DNA of 64,000 nucleotides from a virus (lineage: Duplodnaviria > Caudoviricetes). Numbering within the stretch: position 1 is the first letter of the stretch; each line of letters starts with the position of its first letter. The position numbers and the translations under genes are program-made. The notes below the pieces were generated by a model that was given only the letters and a program-made list of their open reading frames with translations, did no database searches and had not been told where the DNA came from. Shown here piece after piece: positions 1 to 9,600 of the stretch. The stretch spans positions 5,152 to 69,151 of IMG/VR virus record IMGVR_UViG_2721755846_000001, one strand, 5' to 3'.

Positions 1-98
1 CCCTCTGCCTTCAGTTCGGTGATTTCTTCAAGGAGTTCGCGCGCAACTTCAGTCAGTTGCGTAAGGCGGTCTCCGGTGGGTTCCGGTTCCTGTGTCAT
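1..98 (-). CDS. Partial CDS running off the window, coiled-coil protein in lysis region
   Basis: ATG at 98, open to the window edge: MTQEPEPTGDRLTQLTEVARELLEEITELKAE. Confidence 0.5.
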   Translation of the reverse strand, partial: MTQEPEPTGDRLTQLTEVARELLEEITELKAE

Positions 99-243
99 CG
101 CTCCCCGCTTCCACACGCAGCGCCTGCGTTTCCGCCGTGAGTTGTTCTGAGAACGTCATGAGGCGCGCCGCCATTCTCAAAAGGTCCTCACGCAGCTTCT
201 CCGAATCGGCAAGCAAGCGATCGACGCGGCTTTCTCCTGCCAT
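49..243 (-). CDS. Small coiled-coil protein, lysis region
   Basis: ORF 49..336; likely start MAGESRVD just after the upstream stop at 248. Confidence 0.5.
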   Translation of the reverse strand: MAGESRVDRLLADSEKLREDLLRMAARLMTFSEQLTAETQALRVEAGSDDTGTGTHRRPPYATD

Positions 244-247
244 GGAA

Positions 248-517
248 TCAACTCCGTCGAGCGGCGGCCCTGGCATCTTCAATTGCTCGCGTCGCATCAG
301 AGATGGCGCGCGCAGCAGTGCTGAGGGTGTTGACATATTCGCTTCTCACCGTTTCGTTCAGCTTGCGCAGTTCCTCTTCGAGGCGGTCGGCTCGTTCTGT
401 CTCACGGTCGATCGTGGAACTCAAACGCGTAAACAAAACGCGCACTGCGGCGAGGGCGAGAAGCGCCACCACGCCGACAGCTCCGTACTGAACAAGCACC
501 CCGGTTACAGGGTCCAT
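248..517 (-). CDS. Holin-like membrane protein
   Basis: Start MDPVTG after GAGGGGG RBS; N-terminal hydrophobic helix (YGAVGVVALLALAAVRVLF) then coiled coil; follows the tail genes. Confidence 0.6.
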   Translation of the reverse strand: MDPVTGVLVQYGAVGVVALLALAAVRVLFTRLSSTIDRETERADRLEEELRKLNETVRSEYVNTLSTAARAISDATRAIEDARAAARRS

Positions 518-525
518 GTCCCCCC

Positions 526-1551
526 TCAGTCCAAAAAGTATTCGATGTTGAAGCTGATCCATACCGGGTCGTCCACGGTGTGGCTGTGACCGCCGTGATT
601 GTGAGTGCTGTCATTGGGCGTGGTTGCGTCCGTGCCGCCGTGATTGTGGGCACTGGAACTGGTGCCGCCAATAGCGTGCGTGTGGTCTAGATCGTGGGTG
701 TGGCTGGCATCCTGACCGGCACCGCCCCCGTGGTGGTGCGTGTTGGAAGTGCCCGACGTGGACCCGATGTTCTGCTGATTGGACGTCGGCACCGAATGGC
801 CGTGAGAGCTGCTCGGGATGCCGTGATCGTGGCCCCCGTGATTGTGGACAGAATCACTCGGCGTGGCCGACAGGGGCGCGGTATTCGCGCCGACCATGTT
901 CACGGTGCCGTCAGTGTCAAAGTCCAGCTTTACGACGTTGCTGCCGCCCGCGGTTCGGGCGACGATGACCGAGCGGCGCTCCACAGGGCGGTAGCCGGAA
1001 GCAAGCGGCACAGACACAACAGCCGTGCCGGAAGAACGCGTTGCCGCGCCCTTCCACTGCATCTTGGGTGAGCCGTTGTCCCAGACCTTGCGGTACCGGA
1101 CGTTGCCGTTGCCGTTGCCGTTGTGCCCGAAGCCGGCGCCCAGCGTGACGACCGTCCAGGCGGACGCGGAGAACGCCGCCGCGATGTTCCCCAGGGCGAC
1201 CAGGTCCGTACCCTGCTTGATGATGAGCGCTATGTCACCGACAACCGGCACGTAGCTGGTGATGTAGCAAATACCGTCGATGGTGGTCGTCGTGTCGCCG
1301 GAAATCTGCACGCTGATCGTGGGCGGCGCCGACGTGTCCGCGATCGCGGTGATGACGCCCTTACGGATCGTCGCCGGGTCGAAGTCGAGCACAGCCTGTT
1401 TGGCTATTTCCGTGGCCAGTTCGCGGATAGCGAGCAGCTGAGCGGACTCCGCGGTCTGGTCGTGTGCCGCCTGATCCTGCGCCGCGGCCTCTTCCGGCAC
1501 GATCGGCGGTTCCTGCGGAACCGTCTGGGCGGGATCGGAAGGCGTACTCAT
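526..1551 (-). CDS. Minor tail / tail-tip fibre protein with His-x-His repeats
   Basis: Last tail gene; C-terminal HNHGGHDH, HGH, HTHDLDHTH, HNHGGHSH motifs. Confidence 0.7.
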   Translation of the reverse strand: MSTPSDPAQTVPQEPPIVPEEAAAQDQAAHDQTAESAQLLAIRELATEIAKQAVLDFDPATIRKGVITAIADTSAPPTISVQISGDTTTTIDGICYITSYVPVVGDIALIIKQGTDLVALGNIAAAFSASAWTVVTLGAGFGHNGNGNGNVRYRKVWDNGSPKMQWKGAATRSSGTAVVSVPLASGYRPVERRSVIVARTAGGSNVVKLDFDTDGTVNMVGANTAPLSATPSDSVHNHGGHDHGIPSSSHGHSVPTSNQQNIGSTSGTSNTHHHGGGAGQDASHTHDLDHTHAIGGTSSSAHNHGGTDATTPNDSTHNHGGHSHTVDDPVWISFNIEYFLD

Positions 1552-2699
1552 GTGCCCCCCGCGGTGCTCTTCTGACGGAGCGTCAGAGCCTGTGTCGACT
1601 TGGCGTCCAGCGGCACAGTGAAGGCATCCACGGCGTACACCCCAGTGACGTGCGAGCGGGCGCGCGTCACTGCAACGACCTGGCCGGCCTCGAAGCTCGG
1701 ATTGACGACGCCTGTGATGGAAAGCTGCGCGGAGAATCCGAGCAGATTCCGAAGCAGCTGATCCGCGGTCGCCTGCGCCTCTTCCGTCGTCTTGATCAAC
1801 TGGTCCGTGATGAACTGCGGTACCTCGCCGTACGGGCCGAGGTGGTACGTCGCCGACGTCGGCTCTTCATCCCACGCCACGGCGCGCACCGGCGGGAGCT
1901 GGTCACCGGGCGACTCCCCCGTCAGGACAATCCCGTTGAAACCAGGCTCGTCAGTGAAGACGCGAGACAGGTCGATCATGGTGCACCGCTGACCCTCGAT
2001 GTACGTGAAGTCCGGCGAGGGCAATGCGTCGATGTCCGCGGGCGGCGCGATGACCACACCGCCCTCAACGTCGAAATAGATGTCGCAGCCAAGGGACGTG
2101 GCGAGGTCCGTGACCGCAGACCACGGGTCGTTGCTGACGTCGTACAGCCGCGGCGCCGTCGTCGTCCTGGTGGTGGATATGGCGTCGTACTGAAGATCCG
2201 GAAACGTCCGCTGCAAGATCGCCTTGATGGCGTCGATGACGTTCGTGCCGACAGGGATCACGTACGGCGACGTGAACTTGTCGCGCGCAACGGTGCGGCT
2301 CAGGTCGTACGCCTCAAGCTGGATATCGGGACTGCCGCCCGTCGTGTCATGGATGGTGACCTTGGCCAGCCGGAAGACCCCGAGCGGCAGGACGTCTATC
2401 TCGCCCTCGGGATGCTCGGGAGTGGCCGCGTACCTGACGCCCCTGTACGGCCGCAGCTCCGTGCCGTACGGCGTCAGGAGCGATGACGTGCCGCTCGGGA
2501 CCAGGGTCCCCAGTGGATCTATGCAGACGGCCTTACAGGTCCGCCGCACCGCGGCAGTGCGGTCGCAGTTGACCGCTCCCCCGGTGGCGGGCAGCCGCAC
2601 CCGCTCCTGCGTCGGAGAGATCACGTCCACGTACGAGTAGACCGTGTGCGACGTCCTGATCTCCGAGAGGAGACGGGCCGATGCGCGCTGAACTGTCAT
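1548..2699 (-). CDS. Minor tail protein, baseplate hub-like (DUF5047-like)
   Basis: 383 aa, LxPYGxELxxxRG and PLGVFRL motifs typical of actinophage hub proteins; 4-nt overlap with next gene. Confidence 0.75.
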   Translation of the reverse strand: MTVQRASARLLSEIRTSHTVYSYVDVISPTQERVRLPATGGAVNCDRTAAVRRTCKAVCIDPLGTLVPSGTSSLLTPYGTELRPYRGVRYAATPEHPEGEIDVLPLGVFRLAKVTIHDTTGGSPDIQLEAYDLSRTVARDKFTSPYVIPVGTNVIDAIKAILQRTFPDLQYDAISTTRTTTAPRLYDVSNDPWSAVTDLATSLGCDIYFDVEGGVVIAPPADIDALPSPDFTYIEGQRCTMIDLSRVFTDEPGFNGIVLTGESPGDQLPPVRAVAWDEEPTSATYHLGPYGEVPQFITDQLIKTTEEAQATADQLLRNLLGFSAQLSITGVVNPSFEAGQVVAVTRARSHVTGVYAVDAFTVPLDAKSTQALTLRQKSTAGGT

Positions 2700-2713
2700 C
2701 GGCCCGCCTCTCG

Positions 2714-5700
2714 TTACACAGGTGCCGCAACTTGAACGAAGGTCAGGGTCACTTCACGGATCGGATCGACCTTGCGCCGTCCGGTCGGCAGGATGCCGGC
2801 CTTGATATCGCCGACCGGGCGCACCCACCACGCGTGATCCACGTCCGACTGAAGGAAGAGCGTCCGGCCGGACTTGATGAGCTTCTTCAGCGGCGCGTAC
2901 TCATCACGCCGGAGGATCAGCGTCAGGGCGAGGGCGTCGCCCTTGTAGCCCTCAGTGAGGACAACGGGCCTGTCTTCGCCCAGCGGCTGATACATGACGC
3001 TCGTACCGGTCGTGCCAACCTGAAGCGTCTCCCACTTCACCCGCAGAGCTATATTGCTCGCCGGATCGGTGATGTCCTTCAACCACCAACTCAGAGCCGA
3101 CAGCGACACCTCGTCACTCGCCGGCCCGTAGCCGGATACGAATTGGTCCCCTGCGAGACCGTATGAAGTGGTCTGCGCCCGATAGCGCCGGTTCACCAGG
3201 GGAACGATGGTGTGATCCGTGTATGTGGCGATGCCCGACAGCGGATCATAAACAGGCGGACTCGTATCCAGCCCCGCAAGGGTCTGCCATTCCCCGTACC
3301 CGTTGCCGTCATCATCGGCGTACTGGATAACCGGCGTATGCCACACAGCGTGAGTCAAGCGCCCGGTGCCGTTCCGCCATACCGGCGACGAACCGAGCAT
3401 GATTCCCACCCGGTCGAAATAGACCAGATCGCTCACGGCACGGTCCGTCACGGAGACCTCGCCCTTGATGCGGGTCGTGCCGTCGGGAACGTCGTACGTC
3501 CCCGATGACTTGACCCAAAGCGATGTGCCGAAGCTGGTCCCCTGAATCGTCTGAGAACTTATCAGCTGGTTCGCTCGGTAAAAATAGAGCTTCAGGTACG
3601 GCGTTCCTGCCGTCGACCCGAGGAACGAGGATACAAACGTCACTTGATTTCCGGCAAGTCCGAGAATCTTCGGATCGATACCCGATATCCCAATGGTGTC
3701 CGGCATTGTCGCAACGGTCATACCGGCCACGATCGGAACAGCCGGCTTGACCAAGCCGATCCATGACGCCGCCGACTCCAGGTCGGTACCCGAGCCCGGA
3801 GTGAAGGCACCCGTCACGGATGTCTGCCCCGCGGCCACGGGCCCGTTCGAGTCGTAAACGCCAGTCGTCAGCCACGGAGTGGCGCTGCCGACCGTCGTGT
3901 CATTGCGTTCCGTCTCATTGGCACCCGCGGGCGGCGCCGACGCCAACGGCCGGATAACGCCGATCCACGATGCCGCCGCGTAGTAGCTGCGGTTCAGGCT
4001 GGCCGTACGGCTGTGACTCCCCGTACCGATCTTCCCGTTCGAGTCGGCCATCATCAGGGTCGCCGTGCGGTACGAGTACGAGCTGATCTGGTATTCGGCC
4101 GAATCGTCGGCGCGCTCCGACACCTCCGAGGTACTGCCCCACGACGTGAAGTAGTCGCCGCTCGAACCGAACGCACAGATGCGCCAGGCTCGGGAGTCGG
4201 TATTCGTCACCGTCGCCGTGGTCACAGTGTTGCCAGAACCAGACGTTGACGTGCCGTCGGCAATGAACTGATTCGCGACCAGGTCCGCATTCCGGTAGGC
4301 GAGACACTGCGTCACGGCAGGCTTTACGGTGCCGCTCAGCGTGCCCGTCCAGGACGATGGCTCACTGCCGCCCGCCGTCCGCTTAAGCACCGCGAAGCGG
4401 CAGGAAGCGAAGCCGCCGCTGGACGTCAGCTGCTGCACAACCGTCCAGCCGGCGGGCGCGGTCACCGTCGCGATGACCGTGTCACTGATCGCCAACGTAG
4501 CGATCATCAGGTCACCGGAGACGACACCCGACGGCCGGTTGATCACGTAGCTCGTGGTGTTACTGAGCGCCGTCCACGCCGTTGCCTTGCCGACGTAAAC
4601 GATGTCCGCCGCCGCGCTCGGAGCCTGGACATTGGCGACCAGGGAGCCACCCGCTGCGTTGTCGTTCACTGCGAACGAAGCGATGCGCCACGCATTGACG
4701 TCTGTGTTGTTGAGCGTCGCCGTGGTCAGCCACAGCGGAGTTCCCGTCGCCCTGGACGTGACGCCCTCGGCAAGGAACTGATCACTCGCGTCGGCGGCGC
4801 CTGAGTAGGCGACCACGACCGCATAGCGCCGCGTTGACGCCGTCCCGAGCGCACCGTCCGTCCAAGTGCCCGGCTCGGAGCCGCCCGCGGTGCGCTTCAG
4901 GATGAACAACGCGGTGTCCGTCGTCCCGTCATCGACCGCGGCCGTGTTGACTGCCGTCCAGCCCGCCGGGGGCGTGATGGCGCCGAACTCGGTCGATGAC
5001 ACGAAGGCAACCATCAGGTCACCCGTCGTCACGCCGGCCGGCTTGTTCAGGGTGTAGTCGGTGCCGGACGTCGGAGACGTGAAGGCGGTACCGGTCGCCC
5101 TGAACGCCAACGTCGGCGTGATGCCCGTATAGGTGAGCCGCTTCGTCAGACTGCCGTCCGAGCCGGTACCGGTGACGGCGACACGGCTGATGGTGGACCC
5201 AGTACCGGCAACCCAGTTGACGCCCACAGGGTCATCGCCCGTGGCAGAGAACGACGTCAGGATATTCCGCGAGGCGTGCCCGCCGTCCGACCACGGTGCG
5301 CCCGCGCCGTACATCAGGCCGACGTGATCGATGTTGTGGACTTCCGCGTTGGCGGGGCTCGCAACTTCGATCTCTGCCTTGGCGTAGACAGCCGTCGAAG
5401 GCGATGTACCTGTGGCAACAACCTCCGTCCAAGTGGACGTTGAGTCAGTGCCGCTGCCCGTGATCGTGCCCGCGATCGCAGTGAACGTTCCGTCGTAGAA
5501 CCTGATCCGCACGTTGCAGGTACGGCCGGTAGCTGCGGCTCGCAGCTGGGCCCGCACCGTGACCGGGGCGTCCGGCGCCAGCTCAACGAACGGGCTCTGC
5601 ACAGACATCGTCGCCGCCGACGCTGCGGTCAGCTTCAGCGAGGCCACGCCGGCGTAGTACGTGGACGTGTCCTGCGCGGCAGTGCAATTGGTCGTTGTGT

Positions 5701-6676
5701 ACTCGGGGGCGTCGGTGAGCGTCTCGAAGTCGGCGCTCTGGACGCTCAGCAGGTTCGAGCTGTCCCGCAGGGTCAGCGACACCGACGAGTCGTAGGCGTC
5801 CGGGACGACGGAGACGACCCCGATGCCGGGCGTGCCGCTGACGGTGTTGTCGTCGCCGGGCACGCCGGGCGACGGGCCCTGTACGGAGAACTGCCTTCCG
5901 ACCCAAGTCGACTTTGCGCCGAAGCTGGAGTACACCCGCACGTACACGGCGTACGTGTCGGCATTGATCGAGGTCGGCAAGATCTGCGACGTCAGGTCAC
6001 CGCCGACCGTGGTCGCGTAGACAGGCGGTGTCGTATCCGGCGAGAACGTACTGTCCGCCGTCTGAATGCCCGTAAAGATCCGGTACTCGGCTTTGGCCTG
6101 CGGGTCGCCGTCCGCCTGCGCGTACGTCCAGCTGATGACCGGAGACGGCGTCAGGACGGTACCTGTCGGCGCCTCTACCGTGACGGTAGGCCGCACCCGG
6201 TAGTTGATCTGCGCGTACACCTTGTACACGCGGATGCAGTCGAAGACCGCGGACACCGAAAAGCACTGGCAGAGAATCTTGTTGAGCCGGTGAATGTCCC
6301 ACGGATTGCTGAGCGGGTCGCGCGTGTAAGTGGCAACCTCGTACGTAGTCGGGGTCTGCGTCGGGTAAATCGTCCTTGTCGTGAACTTCGACGTGTCGTC
6401 CAGACAGATCACGTTTACGGTGATCGAGCGCGACTGGCTGTCCTGCTTCGCGCACCGAATGTAGATCGTGATCGACGTGATGACAGCGCCGTCGGGCACG
6501 GCGGTGATGTCGACGGGAAACGACACGCAAGCCCGCCCCTTGTGGGGCGGGTTCTTGCAGTACTTCGTGTCGTCATCGTTGTTCCAGCACTGGAAGATCT
6601 TCGAGACGCCGGAGCCCACCAGCGCCCAGCCTTCATTCCTGAAGTCGCCAGTACATACGTGGGCAAGACCGGTCAT
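2714..6676 (-). CDS. Large minor tail protein (distal-tail position) with inserted carbohydrate-binding-like domains
   Basis: 1320 aa directly after tape measure; Thr/Ser/Gly-rich beta domains; two CBM-like and two PxGxxxGDLM...PAGWT domains. Confidence 0.75.
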   Translation of the reverse strand: MTGLAHVCTGDFRNEGWALVGSGVSKIFQCWNNDDDTKYCKNPPHKGRACVSFPVDITAVPDGAVITSITIYIRCAKQDSQSRSITVNVICLDDTSKFTTRTIYPTQTPTTYEVATYTRDPLSNPWDIHRLNKILCQCFSVSAVFDCIRVYKVYAQINYRVRPTVTVEAPTGTVLTPSPVISWTYAQADGDPQAKAEYRIFTGIQTADSTFSPDTTPPVYATTVGGDLTSQILPTSINADTYAVYVRVYSSFGAKSTWVGRQFSVQGPSPGVPGDDNTVSGTPGIGVVSVVPDAYDSSVSLTLRDSSNLLSVQSADFETLTDAPEYTTTNCTAAQDTSTYYAGVASLKLTAASAATMSVQSPFVELAPDAPVTVRAQLRAAATGRTCNVRIRFYDGTFTAIAGTITGSGTDSTSTWTEVVATGTSPSTAVYAKAEIEVASPANAEVHNIDHVGLMYGAGAPWSDGGHASRNILTSFSATGDDPVGVNWVAGTGSTISRVAVTGTGSDGSLTKRLTYTGITPTLAFRATGTAFTSPTSGTDYTLNKPAGVTTGDLMVAFVSSTEFGAITPPAGWTAVNTAAVDDGTTDTALFILKRTAGGSEPGTWTDGALGTASTRRYAVVVAYSGAADASDQFLAEGVTSRATGTPLWLTTATLNNTDVNAWRIASFAVNDNAAGGSLVANVQAPSAAADIVYVGKATAWTALSNTTSYVINRPSGVVSGDLMIATLAISDTVIATVTAPAGWTVVQQLTSSGGFASCRFAVLKRTAGGSEPSSWTGTLSGTVKPAVTQCLAYRNADLVANQFIADGTSTSGSGNTVTTATVTNTDSRAWRICAFGSSGDYFTSWGSTSEVSERADDSAEYQISSYSYRTATLMMADSNGKIGTGSHSRTASLNRSYYAAASWIGVIRPLASAPPAGANETERNDTTVGSATPWLTTGVYDSNGPVAAGQTSVTGAFTPGSGTDLESAASWIGLVKPAVPIVAGMTVATMPDTIGISGIDPKILGLAGNQVTFVSSFLGSTAGTPYLKLYFYRANQLISSQTIQGTSFGTSLWVKSSGTYDVPDGTTRIKGEVSVTDRAVSDLVYFDRVGIMLGSSPVWRNGTGRLTHAVWHTPVIQYADDDGNGYGEWQTLAGLDTSPPVYDPLSGIATYTDHTIVPLVNRRYRAQTTSYGLAGDQFVSGYGPASDEVSLSALSWWLKDITDPASNIALRVKWETLQVGTTGTSVMYQPLGEDRPVVLTEGYKGDALALTLILRRDEYAPLKKLIKSGRTLFLQSDVDHAWWVRPVGDIKAGILPTGRRKVDPIREVTLTFVQVAAPV

Positions 6677-6677
6677 C

Positions 6678-9600
6678 TCAGCGCCTCTTTCCTACGCCTT
6701 GCTTAATGGCCATCGTGAGTTTCGGAATGGTCTGCTGCTCAAGGCGATCGACAACCCCGTGATCGGCATTGCCACTGATGGGAATCGTCACAGTTACGTT
6801 GACGTCTCCGCTGCCGCCATTGCCGATCAGATCCCGCAGCGGGTCAACACGTTCGCCGCCACGGAAACGAATCCGCTCAGGCCCCTGCTCGCCAACAGTC
6901 GCCCATCCTGAATTGGCGCCCGGAGTGCCGAGTACATACCCCTTGGGCGGCAGGCCCGCGTTCGCCTGCTGAACGTTGGTGATGTTGCCGTACCCTCTGG
7001 TTATGTACCGGATGGCAGCCGCGACGTTAGCAACCGGGTCAAGAATGTTATTGCTCGTTCCGGCAACATGGTTCGAAACGAAGGTCGGCGGGATCACCTG
7101 AGCAAGACCCTGAGACGGAACACCGTTCTTCGCGTTGATATCCGTCTGGTTGACGGCATTGGGATTCCATCCCGACTCCCTAGTGATCAAGGTGTTGAGC
7201 CCGGTCTCCCACTGCGCAAGAGTTCCCGGCGGCGGGACACCCGCCGCCTTCAGCGCCGCATCGATGACGGCCCGATGCTGGCCTGAAGGAATGGAACCAA
7301 CCGCAGAGCTGGTGAACTGCGCGACATCCTTGCCCTTGATCCAGGAAAGGACGGTATCCCCAATCTTCTTAGGGATAGCCTCGCCCAATTTCTGAATCCC
7401 ACTGCCATCCGCAGTCACCCCGCGGACGGCAGCTTGCGCGGCCTTGACAGCCGTATTGATCGGTCCACTGATGACCTTGTACACGCCACCCAGGACCAAG
7501 TTCTTCAGCTTGCCGACCACGCTGCCGATGGCCCCGCCGATATCTCCGGCTACGCTGCCAATGGCCCCGCCGATCTTTCCTAGGATTCCGCCGCCGTTAT
7601 CGAAGGCGCCGCCCGGCTGTCCCATGACGCGGACCCCGGAACCGCCCAGGACCATGGAACGCATCGCCGCGACCGCCTTGTGCCCGCCGGCCGCATCAAC
7701 TTCCGCGGAAGTCCACACATGCTCGTTAGGGTGCAGCACCGCGGGGAATCCCTGCGCACTGCCCGGTCCGGTGGGACCGCCTTCGGCGAACTGAGGCAAG
7801 TTGAAAGCGCTCAACTTGGACGCACCAAATACTCCCGCAACCGCATTCCAGAGTTTCACGATTCCGCCGTTGTAAACAACGTTCACAACCGCCTGAATAG
7901 GATCTCGGACCAGCTTCTTAATCGCACCCCAAGCCTTGCCCAGCGCGTCAGCTCCAGTGGTGAATGCGCCCGGAATCGTTTTCGTGAAGAAGTTACTGAC
8001 CGGATTCCAGAACGTATTCCGTAGCCAGGTGGACCCGCCAGAGAACGCCGTGCGGATTGCATTCCAGAAAACGGTGGCCGCGGTGATGACGCCATTCACT
8101 GCCGTCTGGAAGAGCGTACGCACAGCCGTCCAGGCCGTGTTCCATACCGCTTGCACTGCGGTGAGAAAGAGGCCTACCGCAGCCCGCAGTGTCGACCATG
8201 CTGCGGACGCCACGTTGATCACGGCATTGATGTCCGTCTGAAAGATCATACGGACCGCAGCCCAGGCCGTATTCCAAACAGCTTGCACCGCTGTAAGGAA
8301 CGCCTGAAAGAATCCTCGGAAAGCAGACCAGGCAGTCGAGGCTACCGCCTGTATCGCGGTCCAGAAGGCGTGCCAGGCGGCAGACAATACGCCGACGAAC
8401 GCTGAGAAGACCGCCGCAACGACGTTGAGGAATGCCTGCCACGCAGTCTTGATCAGATTCCAGATGGCAGCCGCGGCGTCCTTGATGGCATTCCAGGCCA
8501 TACCCCAGTTACCGGTGAAGATTGCCGTGAACGTCAGGAATATCGCGGTCACTACAGCCCAAAGCGCCGTCCACGCGGCCTTTACTACATTCCAGATTCC
8601 AGTGGCTATCGCGACGATGACACTCCAGGCACCGGCGAAGATCGCCCCGAACGTGGCATAGAAGACATTCCAGATTCCGGTGACAACCGCCCAGATGACG
8701 GACCATGCGCCGGTGAAAATCGCCCACGCCATCTGCGCGGCGCCGGTGAGAAATGCCCAGCCGACGGACCAGGCCCCCGAGAGGATCGCCCAACCGACTT
8801 GATAGACGCTGACAATAACCGTCCAGACGAGTTGCCAAGCGGCAGTCAGGAAACCCCAGACAGCCGAAGTGGTAGCGCCGGCTCCGGTCCAAGCCGTGGT
8901 GAAGGTTCCGCCGAAGACCCCCCAGAAGGCATTCCAGACCGCCGTTACACCCGCCCACAAAACGCCCCAAGCGATCGTGAGAGCGGTCCATATGTTCGCC
9001 GCGGCTTGCTGTACCTGCGGCCAAACCGTATTCCAGGACGTCAAGAACGGGGAACTGAACGCGTTCCACGCCGTGAGCAGCCCGCCCAGTACGGTATCCC
9101 AGGCACCGGAAAGCCAGCCAATAGAGGCGGACCAAGCTGTCTTCAGCGCATCCCAGACGGCTTGCGCCGCGACCTGTATCGCACCCCAGATGTCCCGCCA
9201 GTGCAAGTACAGAAGCGTGAGCAGACCAATAGGCCCCAGCAAGAGCAGGATGAACTGACCCCAGCCGTGCGACAGGAAGCCCCAGACCGTGAGAGCCGTG
9301 TTCTTAATCCAATTCCAGGTGGCATCCCAGATCTTGACCAAGAAGGCCGATACCGTCGACCAGTTCTGTACCAGGAAGTAGATTCCGACGGCCAGAGCGG
9401 CGAGGGCAAGAACAACGATCCCGACCGTCAGGGCCATTCCCAGGAATATCAGGCCCATGCCGGTAGCGGCGAGAGCCAGCGCGGCCGTAACCGTCGCAGC
9501 GATTGCACCAACAATGCCGTAAACAACCAGCGCCGCATTCCATAGAAGCCACGCACGAACTAGATTCGCCAGCAGATCGGGCGGCAGAGAGGCAAGCACC

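Noticed and set aside
526-6676. Diversity-generating retroelement or invertase acting on tail genes
   Set aside because: No reverse transcriptase, recombinase or template/variable repeat pair seen in the window
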